A stretch of DNA of 64,000 bases from Cyanophyceae cyanobacterium. GTDB taxonomy: Bacteria; Cyanobacteriota; Cyanobacteriia; Cyanobacteriales; Laspinemataceae. The stretch covers positions 64,001-128,000 of the forward strand of contig JBBQFN010000001.1 of the NCBI GenBank assembly GCA_038321985.1. The letters are read 5' to 3'. Below are positions 38,394 through 48,112 of the stretch, one piece after another. The notes under the pieces were generated by a model. It was not told the origin of the DNA. It ran no database searches and saw nothing but the letters and a program-made list of their open reading frames with translations. The stretch's first letter is position 1. Every line of letters begins with the position of its first letter. A program made the translations under genes and the position numbers.

Positions 38394-39782
38394 TTACAAG
38401 GCAGTTTTTGCGAGAGAAGGAGGCGGCGCAGGGGAAGCCGAAAAAGGCTCTAGCCGTTGCTGGGACTGCTGAATCGCATACTCTAAAGCAGTCTGATAAA
38501 TGGTCATTTTTTGGGCAACTAAGGGATGTTTACTGTGAGTTTTAGGGACGGTTTGCAAGAGGGCGATCGCCTCTTGCCACTGAGAGGCGATCGCATTCCA
38601 GTCATAGAGAGAAAATGCCGAGGCGGTGAGTTGGGTTGCACTTTCGGCAGTGGCGATCGCGCGATCAAAGGGGTCAGTTTCCTGGACTTGTTGCTGTGCG
38701 TAAGCGAGATTGAGCTTAGATTCCGTCAGCATTTGTTGAGCAACGGCACTTTTAGGGTGGCTGGGAGGCATACTTTCCAGGTGTGCGACGGCCTCTTGCC
38801 ACTCTCGCGTCACTTCTTCCCATTCTACCATTGAACTGGCCGTTTTTTCCAGCTTTCTAGCTTGTTCGGCTTTGGCAAAAGCCCGGTTATACGGGTCGAT
38901 CCGTGCGATTTGCTGGTGGGTAGAGGTGAGATAATTTTCATAGCGATTAATTTGGGAGGCCGCTAAGGTCGCCTTTTCATCCTCGGGGGAAATGCTTTCT
39001 AAGATCGCGATCGCCTGTTTCCATAATAAGGCTATTCCCTCCCAATCTTCCATCGTTGAGGCGGTTTGAGCAAGTTGGGCCGCTTCCTCTGCTTTAGCAA
39101 TTCCGTCATAAAAGGGGTGGAATTGAGAGAGTTGTTGTTCAGAAAAAGTGAGATTTCTCTCATATTCGGTCAGTTTTTGCTGAACCAGGGGATACTTAGG
39201 ATAAGTTGTGGGGATTGCCTTTAAGTGGGCGATGGCCTCCTGCCAGCCCTGCACCCCTTCCTCCCATTCCCGTTTAGTAGCGGCAACTCGGGTGAGTTGA
39301 GAGGCCCGAGACCCTTTGTTGAAGGCCGGTTTCAACGGGTCTAATCGAGCAAATTGCTGGCGAGCATAAGTGAGATTTTTTTGATATTCTTGAATTTTTT
39401 GTGAGGCCAAATTTCCCGGGTCATGTTCCCTAGGCACCGTTTCCAACTGGGCGACTGCTTCTTGCCAATTCTGGGCCACAGTCTGCCACTCTTCCCATGT
39501 AGAAGCGGTTTGGGTTAAATTAGCCGCTGCGCTTGCTTTAGCCACTGCTTCAGAAATGGGGTCGAGATTCTCCCCGGCAGAGTTTGAAATCGGGTCCCCC
39601 GTCGATCCGTTGAGGGCAGTGACGAGGATGTTGTGAGAACATCCGACCACCATTAGGGACAGAAGGGCGATCGTTATCTTGGGGAAGGAGACCCGCAGGC
39701 AGCCAGGGGACAGGCAAGTGAACCGGGACAGATTTCGCAGTTGCATAACCTGAATGGAGATAGAGACTCGGGGATGATCCAC
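38394..39782 (-). CDS. Predicted lipoprotein with five tandem 74-aa helical repeats
   Basis: Lipobox-like LLSLMVVGC; repeats begin DPISE/DPLKP/HPFYD/DPYNR/DPFDR with conserved W...W.EA.A.L; start uncertain (GTG 39782 or ATG 39746). Confidence 0.75.
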   Translation of the reverse strand: MDHPRVSISIQVMQLRNLSRFTCLSPGCLRVSFPKITIALLSLMVVGCSHNILVTALNGSTGDPISNSAGENLDPISEAVAKASAAANLTQTASTWEEWQTVAQNWQEAVAQLETVPREHDPGNLASQKIQEYQKNLTYARQQFARLDPLKPAFNKGSRASQLTRVAATKREWEEGVQGWQEAIAHLKAIPTTYPKYPLVQQKLTEYERNLTFSEQQLSQFHPFYDGIAKAEEAAQLAQTASTMEDWEGIALLWKQAIAILESISPEDEKATLAASQINRYENYLTSTHQQIARIDPYNRAFAKAEQARKLEKTASSMVEWEEVTREWQEAVAHLESMPPSHPKSAVAQQMLTESKLNLAYAQQQVQETDPFDRAIATAESATQLTASAFSLYDWNAIASQWQEAIALLQTVPKTHSKHPLVAQKMTIYQTALEYAIQQSQQRLEPFSASPAPPPSLAKTAL

Positions 39783-39988
39783 AGAGGCAATTCATGCCCT
39801 TTCTATGGGTTATACCGCGATCATAAGGCAATTAGACCACTCCTAAAGATTTTTATTCCTTGGGACATATAATTACCTGAGCTTCCCCTCTTATATGTTC
39901 ACCGCTGCGACGATTACATCTATCTACAGACGGAAATCCTTAAACTCTCTTCCCCTATCTGCTGAAACCTCATTGAGGAGGACATTTC

Positions 39989-40573
39989 TCAAGCGGCGAT
40001 CGCTGGAAATACTCGATTCAGGTCCAGGATTAATTCCTCAAACCCGGGAATAGAAACCGTTTCATTCGGTAGCTTGACTTGTTTTTGCCGATAGTCAAAG
40101 GTTCCGCTTAATTTTTGATAAGGCGTCGTATAAATTTCCAGTTGCTTTTCTAATAAATTGACAATCCAATAGTCTGAAATTCCCGCTTCAGCATACAAGG
40201 GCAATTTCACCTGACGATCGTAGTCCAAGGAAGAATCGGCAATCTCAATCACCAGCAAAATATCCTCCGGCAGGGGATGATGGGAGAGGTAGTTATCCTC
40301 ACGGTTTTGGACAATTGTAAAATCCGGTTCCGGTTCGCTATGAAGAGGCAGGGTAATTGGGTCCTGACAGCGGATCGTGGCACCATCTTCCAGTAACTTA
40401 AAAAGTTCCCGAATTAAAAGACTACAACAAACAGCATGAGGTTTTCCTTTCGAGACCATCTGGATTGCTTCTCCTTGGATTAATTCAGTGTGATCGCCGG
40501 ACTGGAAAAATCCCAGTTCGATGAGACGGTGATACTCTTCTATGGTAAAGCGTTTGGCTGTAGCTAGGGTCAT
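39989..40573 (-). CDS. Uma2 family endonuclease (DUF820)
   Basis: FTIEEYHRL, ELIQGE, SEPEPD, LLVIEIADSSLDYDRQVKLPLYAEAGISDYWIVNL. Confidence 0.93.
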   Translation of the reverse strand: MTLATAKRFTIEEYHRLIELGFFQSGDHTELIQGEAIQMVSKGKPHAVCCSLLIRELFKLLEDGATIRCQDPITLPLHSEPEPDFTIVQNREDNYLSHHPLPEDILLVIEIADSSLDYDRQVKLPLYAEAGISDYWIVNLLEKQLEIYTTPYQKLSGTFDYRQKQVKLPNETVSIPGFEELILDLNRVFPAIAA

Positions 40574-40674
40574 GGGAGTGAGGGGGTTGACGACTGTCTC
40601 AATTCTACCCTAACATTTCTTGAGTTCAAATTCTTCCGCTACAATTAAACCAGTCAAATAAATAGCCTAAATTT

Positions 40675-43600
40675 ATGAAACGAATTGTTTTAATTGCTGG
40701 ATTTGAATCTTTTAACGCCGACTTGTACCGACAGGCTGCACAGTTAGCAATCTCTCGCTGTCGTGAGTTGGATATCCGGGTATTTAGCGACAGCGACCTC
40801 ACGGCTAACCCGGACGACGTAGCAACAGCACTTCAAGACGCCGATGTGTTTTTTGCTAGCCTAATTTTTGATTACGATTGCGTCCTGGAATTGAGGGAAA
40901 AAGTACAGCATATTCCCATTCGCCTCGTTTTCGAGTCTGCGTTAGAACTAATGAGTTTAACTCAGTTAGGAAAATTTGCGATCGGGGACAAACCCAAAGG
41001 AATGCCGAAACCCGTTCAATTTATTCTTAGCAAGTTTTCCAGTGGCAAAGAAGAAGATAAACTCGCCGGATATATCAGTTTTCTAAAAACCGGACCTAAA
41101 CTGTTAAAGTATGTTCCCGTTCAAAAAGTGCAGGACCTCCGCAATTGGTTAATTATTTATGGATATTGGAATGCAGGAGGTACAGATAATGTCGCCGCCA
41201 TGTGTTGGACTTTGGCCGAAAAATATTTAGGATTAAAGGTTGGGGAAATTCCCCCTCCCATAGAAACGCCAAACATGGGGTTACTCCATCCTGACTATTC
41301 TGGTTATTTTGAATCTCCGCGCCAGTATTTGCACTGGTATAACACCCAAAATCAACCCTCTGATATGTCCCCCAATACTCCAGTAGTGGGAATTCTCCTC
41401 TATCGCAAGCACGTCATTACCAAACAGCCTTATATCGCCCAATTAATCCGTCATTTTGAACAAGCCGGATTAATTCCGCTGCCAATTTTTATTAATGGGG
41501 TTGAGGGTCATGTTGCCGTTCGAGATTGGATGACCTCTGCCTATGAAACCAGCCAACGACAGCAGGGGAAAAATGAAACTCGGTCCTTATCTGCCGAAGC
41601 CGTAGAAGTCGATGCCATTGTTTCTACCATTGGATTTCCCCTAGTTGGGGGTCCGGCTGGGTCAATGGAAGCGGGACGGCAAATTGAAGTAGCAAAAGGT
41701 ATTCTTTCCGCTAAAAATCTCCCTTATATTGTGGCAGCCCCTTTATTGATTCAAGATATCCACTCCTGGACTCGCCAAGGGATTGGCGGATTGCAAAGTG
41801 TTGTTTTATATGCACTACCTGAACTCGACGGGGCGATCGATACCGTCCCCCTCGGTGGTTTAGTTGGTGAAAATATTTATCTAATCCCTGAACGAGTCAA
41901 GCGTCTCACGGGACGGATTAAATCCTGGATTGAATTGCGAAAAACTCCCCCTTCAGAACGCAAAATTGCCATTATTTTATATGGATTTCCCCCCGGTTAT
42001 GGCGCAACGGGAACTGCTGCTTTACTGAATGTCCCCCGCAGTCTCCTCAACTTCCTGCAATCCCTCAAAGATAGCGGTTACACTGTGGGGGATTTACCTA
42101 CCGATGGGGAAGAATTAATCCGGCGAGTCAAAGTCGCCGATGAGTCACCGATGGAAACTGCATTAACTCATTCGGAAGGCATCCTCCCAATAAAAGTTAA
42201 TGTAAAAACGTTAGATAAATGGTTGGGATATCTCCTCACTCGGCGCATCGAAAAACAATGGAAATCTCTCACCGATACCGGCATTAAAACTTACGGCAAT
42301 GATTATGCAGTGGGGGGAATCCAATTAGGAAATATTTGGATTGGGGTACAACCACCTCTGGGAATTTCTGGGGACCCAATGCGGTTAATGTTTGAACGGG
42401 ATATGACACCTCATCCTCAATATGCCGCTTTTTATAAATGGCTGCAACAGGATTTTAATGCCCAAGCAGTGGTTCATTTCGGAATGCATGGGACGGTGGA
42501 ATGGTTGCCGGGGTCTCCCTTGGGAAATACCGGCTATTCATGGCCGGATATTCTGTTAGGAAATATGCCCAATCTTTATATCTATGCCGCCAATAATCCC
42601 TCCGAATCGATGTTAGCCAAGCGCCGAGGATATGGAGTCTTAATCTCCCACAATGTGCCGCCTTATGGTCGGGCAGGATTGTACAAAGAAATGGTTTTGT
42701 TGCGGGAATTAATTAGCGAATATTGGGAAGACCCTTCTAAAAACTCTGCCTTACGGGAGGCGATCGCCAAAAAAATCGTCGATATTGGCCTAGAAATGGA
42801 TTGTCCTTTTGCCGAAGCCAAAAAACTGGGAATTGACTTCACACCTGAAACGGCACGGATGTTTAGCCCCGAGGTATTAATCCGATATTTTATCACCATT
42901 TACGACTATTTACAAGTCGTCGAACAACGGCTATTTTCATCAGGACTGCACACATTAGGAGAAAGTCCCAATACAGCCGCCTTAAAATCCTACCTAGATG
43001 CTTATTTTGACCAAGACTTGGACGAGGAAACGGTAGAGGCGATCGCCTCCGGCAACTGCCCCGAATCTCTCTCTCAACTCATCCCTAACCCCAATGAAGC
43101 GGTGCAAATTTGCCAATTATTAAGGCAAACCCCCGACGAAATGACCAACCTCCTACGGGGATTAAATGGGGAATATATTCCGCCTGCCCCCGGTGGCGAT
43201 TTATTGCGCGATGGACCCGGAGTATTACCCACGGGCCGCAATATTCATGCCTTAGACCCCTATCGAATGCCCTCCCCTGCCGCCTACAGCCGAGGACGAG
43301 AAATAGCTCAAAAAATCATCGCTCAACATCAGGAAGAAACCGGCCAATATCCCGAAACTATCGCCGTTATGTTATGGGGATTAGATATTATCAAAACGCG
43401 GGGCGAATCCTTAGCTATTCTATTAGAATTGGTCGGGGCAGAACCTATCAAAGAAGGAACAGGACGCATTGTCCGCTATGAACTGCAACCCTTAGACCAA
43501 GTAGGACATCCTCGCATCGATATTTTAGCCAATCTGTCCGGCATTTTTCGCGATAGCTTCGTTAACATTATCGAACTCTTAGATGATTTATTTCTACGCG

Positions 43601-44409
43601 CCGCAGAAGCAGACGAACCGGAAAACCAAAACTTTATTCGCAAACACGCTTTAGCCTTAAAAGCGCAGGGAATTGAGAATGTTTCGGCCCGATTATTTTC
43701 TAATCCTGCCGGAGATTTTGGGTCTTTAGTTAATGACCAAGTAGTAGAGAGTAATTGGGAATCCGGGGATGAATTAGCCCAAACCTGGCAAAGTCGGAAC
43801 GCCTTTAGTTACGGACGAAAAGATAAAGGAAAAGCTCGTCCCGAGGTGTTGCAACAGTTACTTAAAACTAGCGATCGCATTGTCCAAGAAATCGATTCCG
43901 TAGAATATGGACTCACCGACATCCAAGAATATTACGCTAATACCGGCGGATTAAAACGTGCTGCGGAAAACCAAAGCGACAAAAAAGTCACCGCCAGCTT
44001 AATTGAAAGTTTCTCCAAAGATACCACCCCCCGCAAACTAGAAGACCTCTTACGCTTAGAATATCGGACCAAACTTCTCAACCCTAAATGGGCAGAATCA
44101 ATGGCGAACCAAGGGTCTGGTGGTGCTTATGAAATCTCCCAAAGAATGACTGCCTTAATCGGCTGGGGAGGGACCGTTGATTTTAAAGATAATTGGGTGT
44201 ATGATGGCGCATCAGAAACCTACGCTTTTGACCCCGAAATGGCAGATAAATTACGAAAAGCAAATCCCGAAGCCTTCCGCAATATTATAGGAAGAATGCT
44301 AGAAGCTCACGGACGAGGTTTCTGGAATGCCGAACCCGACAAGTTAGAAAAACTCCAAGCATTATATGCTTTAACCGAGGATGAAATCGAAGGAGTTACC
44401 GTTGAATAA
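40675..44409 (+). CDS. bchH: Magnesium chelatase subunit H-like paralog (CobN/ChlH family, 1244 aa)
   Basis: STIGFPLVGGPA, LPELDGAI, HFGMHGTVEWLPG, NNPSESMLAKRRG, VLPTGRNIHALDP, RTKLLNPKW. Confidence 0.85.
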   Translation: MKRIVLIAGFESFNADLYRQAAQLAISRCRELDIRVFSDSDLTANPDDVATALQDADVFFASLIFDYDCVLELREKVQHIPIRLVFESALELMSLTQLGKFAIGDKPKGMPKPVQFILSKFSSGKEEDKLAGYISFLKTGPKLLKYVPVQKVQDLRNWLIIYGYWNAGGTDNVAAMCWTLAEKYLGLKVGEIPPPIETPNMGLLHPDYSGYFESPRQYLHWYNTQNQPSDMSPNTPVVGILLYRKHVITKQPYIAQLIRHFEQAGLIPLPIFINGVEGHVAVRDWMTSAYETSQRQQGKNETRSLSAEAVEVDAIVSTIGFPLVGGPAGSMEAGRQIEVAKGILSAKNLPYIVAAPLLIQDIHSWTRQGIGGLQSVVLYALPELDGAIDTVPLGGLVGENIYLIPERVKRLTGRIKSWIELRKTPPSERKIAIILYGFPPGYGATGTAALLNVPRSLLNFLQSLKDSGYTVGDLPTDGEELIRRVKVADESPMETALTHSEGILPIKVNVKTLDKWLGYLLTRRIEKQWKSLTDTGIKTYGNDYAVGGIQLGNIWIGVQPPLGISGDPMRLMFERDMTPHPQYAAFYKWLQQDFNAQAVVHFGMHGTVEWLPGSPLGNTGYSWPDILLGNMPNLYIYAANNPSESMLAKRRGYGVLISHNVPPYGRAGLYKEMVLLRELISEYWEDPSKNSALREAIAKKIVDIGLEMDCPFAEAKKLGIDFTPETARMFSPEVLIRYFITIYDYLQVVEQRLFSSGLHTLGESPNTAALKSYLDAYFDQDLDEETVEAIASGNCPESLSQLIPNPNEAVQICQLLRQTPDEMTNLLRGLNGEYIPPAPGGDLLRDGPGVLPTGRNIHALDPYRMPSPAAYSRGREIAQKIIAQHQEETGQYPETIAVMLWGLDIIKTRGESLAILLELVGAEPIKEGTGRIVRYELQPLDQVGHPRIDILANLSGIFRDSFVNIIELLDDLFLRAAEADEPENQNFIRKHALALKAQGIENVSARLFSNPAGDFGSLVNDQVVESNWESGDELAQTWQSRNAFSYGRKDKGKARPEVLQQLLKTSDRIVQEIDSVEYGLTDIQEYYANTGGLKRAAENQSDKKVTASLIESFSKDTTPRKLEDLLRLEYRTKLLNPKWAESMANQGSGGAYEISQRMTALIGWGGTVDFKDNWVYDGASETYAFDPEMADKLRKANPEAFRNIIGRMLEAHGRGFWNAEPDKLEKLQALYALTEDEIEGVTVE

Positions 44410-44506
44410 TAAGATTCAACCTCCGGCAAAAAACCCTTTTGTTGAATTTTCTGCGATAAACTTTGGGAAGATGTTTTGAAAAATTAATTAATGTTTTATT
44501 AAACAA

Positions 44507-45223
44507 ATGATAAAATTTGATACAATCACCGATGTTTTTAATGGGATTATCTCTCTAATCCAGGTTATAATTTGGCCCGCTTTTGCCGTTTTTTTTGTAA
44601 CTTACTTTGGAGACTCTTTAAAGACACTCCTCAACAATATCAGCGAATTAACCTTAAAAGCAGGGCCATCGGGAGTGGAGGCGAGTCTTACCCGGCAACT
44701 GGAGTCGGCAGCGATGCTAGGTGCAGCATCGGGACAGAAGAAATCCAGTCAAGACTCCTCAGATAGCGGTGAAAATGCCGATACAAATAAGGAATCTCGA
44801 AAAATTATTCATGCAATTGAACGGGTTTCTGACCCTAAAATTTCTGAAGAATTACTGACCAAAAAGGTGTTATGGGTGGATGATTGTTTAGAAGAGAATA
44901 GTTATGAGCAAAAAGCCTTAGAAGTCTTAGGGGTTCAATGTAGTTTTTCTCGGAATACCGAAGATGCGATCGCCAAAATAAAGGCCAGTCCCTATCATGC
45001 AATCATCTCAGATATCGAACGTCCCCCGGACGATCGCGCCGGTTACACCCTCCTTGAAGAAATCCGCCGATCAGGCTATTATATGCCTTATATTCTCTAT
45101 GATCGCACCATTCTACCCGAACACAAAATCGAAGCTAAACGACTGGGTGCAAACGGTTGTACCACCCAACCCACGGAGCTCTTTGAAGTCATCATATCGA
45201 GTTTGGTGGGCGATCGCAATTAA
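44507..45223 (+). CDS. Membrane-anchored response-regulator receiver domain protein
   Basis: N-terminal TM (IIWPAFAVFFVTYF); C-terminal VLWVDD...AIISDIERP receiver fold. Confidence 0.8.
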   Translation: MIKFDTITDVFNGIISLIQVIIWPAFAVFFVTYFGDSLKTLLNNISELTLKAGPSGVEASLTRQLESAAMLGAASGQKKSSQDSSDSGENADTNKESRKIIHAIERVSDPKISEELLTKKVLWVDDCLEENSYEQKALEVLGVQCSFSRNTEDAIAKIKASPYHAIISDIERPPDDRAGYTLLEEIRRSGYYMPYILYDRTILPEHKIEAKRLGANGCTTQPTELFEVIISSLVGDRN

Positions 45224-45303
45224 CCCAAGCAGTCGCCTTCCCTAAACCCTCGCTAAATTCTGCTAGAATTCACTCAAGTTTTAGTGAAAGTTACCCAAAA
45301 TCT

Positions 45304-45921
45304 ATGATAAAATCTGTGACTAAACCGGGAGGCGATCGCCAAAAGCTAGGGTTTGCTTTCCTCTTGAGTCTGTTCAGTTTATTCCATGCCGATCGCCCTG
45401 CACAGTCCCAATCCATCGCCCTCTCTGCTGAACACCAAGCCGCACTAACAGCACTCAATATCCCTGTCGCCGTTCCAACCTATATCCCCAATGGATTTAC
45501 CCTTTCTCAAATTAAAATCAACCTCTGTCCCTCCAATAGTCCCCAAGGCGGCGAATGTAGAGAAGGCTCATCCTATGAAATAATCTATCGCAATGCGGAC
45601 AATACTTGTGTGATGATTGATGCTATTGGGGGAGGATTAGGCGGTGCCGATAGTGAGTTCCATTACTCTATTGAAACCCCCCTTTTAGGAGAAGTAGAAA
45701 TTGGATTTGGTGAAATTCCTGGGGATAGAAATATACCCACTCGTGAACAATTAACAAGTCCCCAATCCAGGTTATATAGTTTTCCGACCAAAGCGACATC
45801 GAGTCCCTCTCCCTATTATGCTGTGCGAGTTCCAGAAAACCTTTATGCCTGTGGCAGCAATACCAGCATTTCTCCTCTGGAAGTTGAAAGAATTCTTCAG
45901 TCGTTAGTTTTTTTAGAATAA
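45304..45921 (+). CDS. Hypothetical secreted protein
   Basis: Signal-like LGFAFLLSLFSLFHA..PAQS; IPVAVPTYIPNGF...YEIIY...GGLGG; four Cys. Confidence 0.7.
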   Translation: MIKSVTKPGGDRQKLGFAFLLSLFSLFHADRPAQSQSIALSAEHQAALTALNIPVAVPTYIPNGFTLSQIKINLCPSNSPQGGECREGSSYEIIYRNADNTCVMIDAIGGGLGGADSEFHYSIETPLLGEVEIGFGEIPGDRNIPTREQLTSPQSRLYSFPTKATSSPSPYYAVRVPENLYACGSNTSISPLEVERILQSLVFLE

Positions 45922-45932
45922 GGGTTTAACGG

Positions 45933-45966
45933 AAAAATGGCGATTTTTAAAAAAATCGCCATTTTT
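45933..45966. terminator. Bidirectional terminator-like palindrome between convergent genes
   Basis: AAAAATGGCGATTTTT-AA-AAAAATCGCCATTTTT. Confidence 0.7.
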
Positions 45967-45971
45967 TAAAA

Positions 45972-46302
45972 TTACCACGGACTACCAATTGTGATAAATC
46001 CAGACCAATAGTAGGGATGGGAAAGGTCCATTCCATTCAAATGTTCTAATTCCTTCGGCAAGGCGATCGCTGCATCAGAACCCACTAATTGTCCCCCCTC
46101 AAATCGGACCTCCGCGCGCAAGAGTTGCAGTTGTGCACGGCGCAATCCTTCCGCACGAATGGGGGCCGACTGCAACTGCTGGTAGAGTTCGGTCATTAAT
46201 CCTAAAGTTGCCTCATCATTCACATACCACACTGAAGCGATCGCAGATTTCACCCCCGACTGTACTGTACTGTACTGCAAATCCTAACTCTGTCTGTTCC
46301 TC
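45972..46302 (-). pseudogene. C-terminal remnant of a CHAT (caspase-HetF-associated) domain gene, frameshifted
   Basis: SGVKSAIASVWYVNDEAT, RAEGLRRAQ, SHPYYWSGFITIGSPW; upstream EEQTELGFA lies in another frame across a (CAGTA)n repeat; catalytic His/Cys region absent. Confidence 0.8.
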
Positions 46303-46477
46303 TTTAACATTTGTAAAAATTAAGTTTAATAAGCCCATTTAGCCCCCTAAAATGCTAGACTAAAATAAACCCATTTCAATAAGGATTAGCTTAGGTTTAA
46401 GGCCAAAAGGGGGCCTATCCGCTTCAGGAAAAATGTCAAAACTGTATTGATTGATAACAAAGGAGAGTTAGAGAAAA

Positions 46478-47152
46478 ATGACAAGTATCAATCAGGATAA
46501 GTTTCGGCGGGGGTTGGGTGGATTGGGACTGGCGGGAATGACTGCGATCGCCTTGGGATGGAATCAACCGGGCGTCATCGCCCAACCCCAACTCAACTGT
46601 AATAATCCCCAAACCCAAAGCTCAATGAATGCTTGCGCTCAACAACGGTGGCAAGCAACCGATCGCGAACTTAATCGAATCTATCAATCTCTAACACCCC
46701 AACTGTCTAATACCAGGCGGCAACAATTAGTTACTGCACAACGGGCTTGGATTACCTTTCGAGACTCTGAATGCGCCTTTTCTAGCAGTTTAGCCGAAGG
46801 GGGCTCGATGCAACCGATGCTACTTTATGGATGTTTAGGGGGCTTAACTGAAACTAGAAATTCTGAGCTTAATCAGTATCGACGAGGCCAAATTCCCCCA
46901 GCCCAGGGACAAAATTATCAAAGTGTAGATAACCGTCTGAATGCTCTTTATCAACAGGTGATGGGTCAACTTTCGGGTAACCGAAAAGAACTGTTAACTA
47001 CCGCAGAATTGGATTGGATCGAATATCGCGATCGCCTCTGTGAATTTGAACGCAGCGGCGGTGGTAATGCTGGGTTTAATCTCTGTCGAATTCGTCTAAC
47101 CGAAAAAAGAACGGAACAGCTAGAATCTCATTTAGAAGATAGTAATTTGTAA
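46478..47152 (+). CDS. Secreted lysozyme inhibitor LprI family protein (two DUF1311 domains)
   Basis: MNACA...DRELNRIY...AQRAWITFRDSEC, and second copy DNRLNALY...AELDWIEYRDRLCEFE. Confidence 0.88.
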   Translation: MTSINQDKFRRGLGGLGLAGMTAIALGWNQPGVIAQPQLNCNNPQTQSSMNACAQQRWQATDRELNRIYQSLTPQLSNTRRQQLVTAQRAWITFRDSECAFSSSLAEGGSMQPMLLYGCLGGLTETRNSELNQYRRGQIPPAQGQNYQSVDNRLNALYQQVMGQLSGNRKELLTTAELDWIEYRDRLCEFERSGGGNAGFNLCRIRLTEKRTEQLESHLEDSNL

Positions 47153-47170
47153 AATCTGCGTCACTGTCGG

Positions 47171-48052
47171 TTATTCTTCAATCCGGGTTACGGTTACGGA
47201 ATAAGTGAGTTCACTCTCACAAGGACCGATTGAGCCCGTGACGGGTTCGGCATTTCTGGGGTCGGCAGCCGAGGCGAGGGGAATATGTCCCTCGGCTGTT
47301 AGCATTCCCGATGTGGGGTCGAGTCCAATCCATCCGGCACCTGGTAGATACACTTCCACCCAAGCGTGCAAATCGGCTTTATCTGCCTCGGGTCCTGGGG
47401 GACCTTCTAAGGGTTTTTTATCGGGTTTGAGTTGAATTAAGTAACCGGAGGTAAACCGGGCGGCTAACCCACAATGCCGTAAAATTTGCACCAATAACCA
47501 AGCCGTATCCCGGCAGGAACCTAACCGTTGGGAGAGGGTTTCTTCACAGCTTTGGATTCCCGGTTCTAATCGCACGGTATAGGCGATATCTTGTTGCAGT
47601 TTGTGACTCAGATCTCCAATAAAGGTCGTAATGAAGGGGTCTGAAATTTGAAGCTGATTCACCCACTCTTTTAATAGAGGTCCCGATTCTTTAATTTGCA
47701 AAGCGGGTTGAAGTTCGGCGGCGAGTTGTTCTTCATAGGTAAAGGGGTAGTAACTCGCGTATTCTTCGACTAAAAAATCAAAGGGATTGATCGGATGAAG
47801 TTCGGCAATTAAATCAACCTGAATATACAGGTGACTGCTCATTTCAGGGAAGTTAACTCGGGCCATAAAATCCCCGGAAATCCCTTGCCGCCAATACAGT
47901 GAATGATTCTCGGGTTCAATTTTCAAAGTATAACTGCGGATTGGGGTGCGGCAATGGGGAGAGGGACGCAAGCGTAGGATATGGGGACCCAAAATCGCTG
48001 GGCGATCAAAGGTGTAATTTTTTTGATGATGGAGGGCAACTTTAACAGACAT
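47171..48052 (-). CDS. Transglutaminase-like family protein
   Basis: LRLRPSPH N-terminal domain; catalytic GSCRD, DLHAWVEVYLPGAGWIGLDPT. Confidence 0.9.
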   Translation of the reverse strand: MSVKVALHHQKNYTFDRPAILGPHILRLRPSPHCRTPIRSYTLKIEPENHSLYWRQGISGDFMARVNFPEMSSHLYIQVDLIAELHPINPFDFLVEEYASYYPFTYEEQLAAELQPALQIKESGPLLKEWVNQLQISDPFITTFIGDLSHKLQQDIAYTVRLEPGIQSCEETLSQRLGSCRDTAWLLVQILRHCGLAARFTSGYLIQLKPDKKPLEGPPGPEADKADLHAWVEVYLPGAGWIGLDPTSGMLTAEGHIPLASAADPRNAEPVTGSIGPCESELTYSVTVTRIEE

Positions 48053-48112
48053 TTAAGGTGAAGCCGTGAAAGTACAGTCTAGAGAAGTAGCAGGAATTAA
48101 ACCGGCGATCGC

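Noticed and set aside
39989..40573. Uma2 nuclease as a defence system
   Set aside because: Stand-alone Uma2 genes are very common in cyanobacteria, and no partner genes are adjacent.
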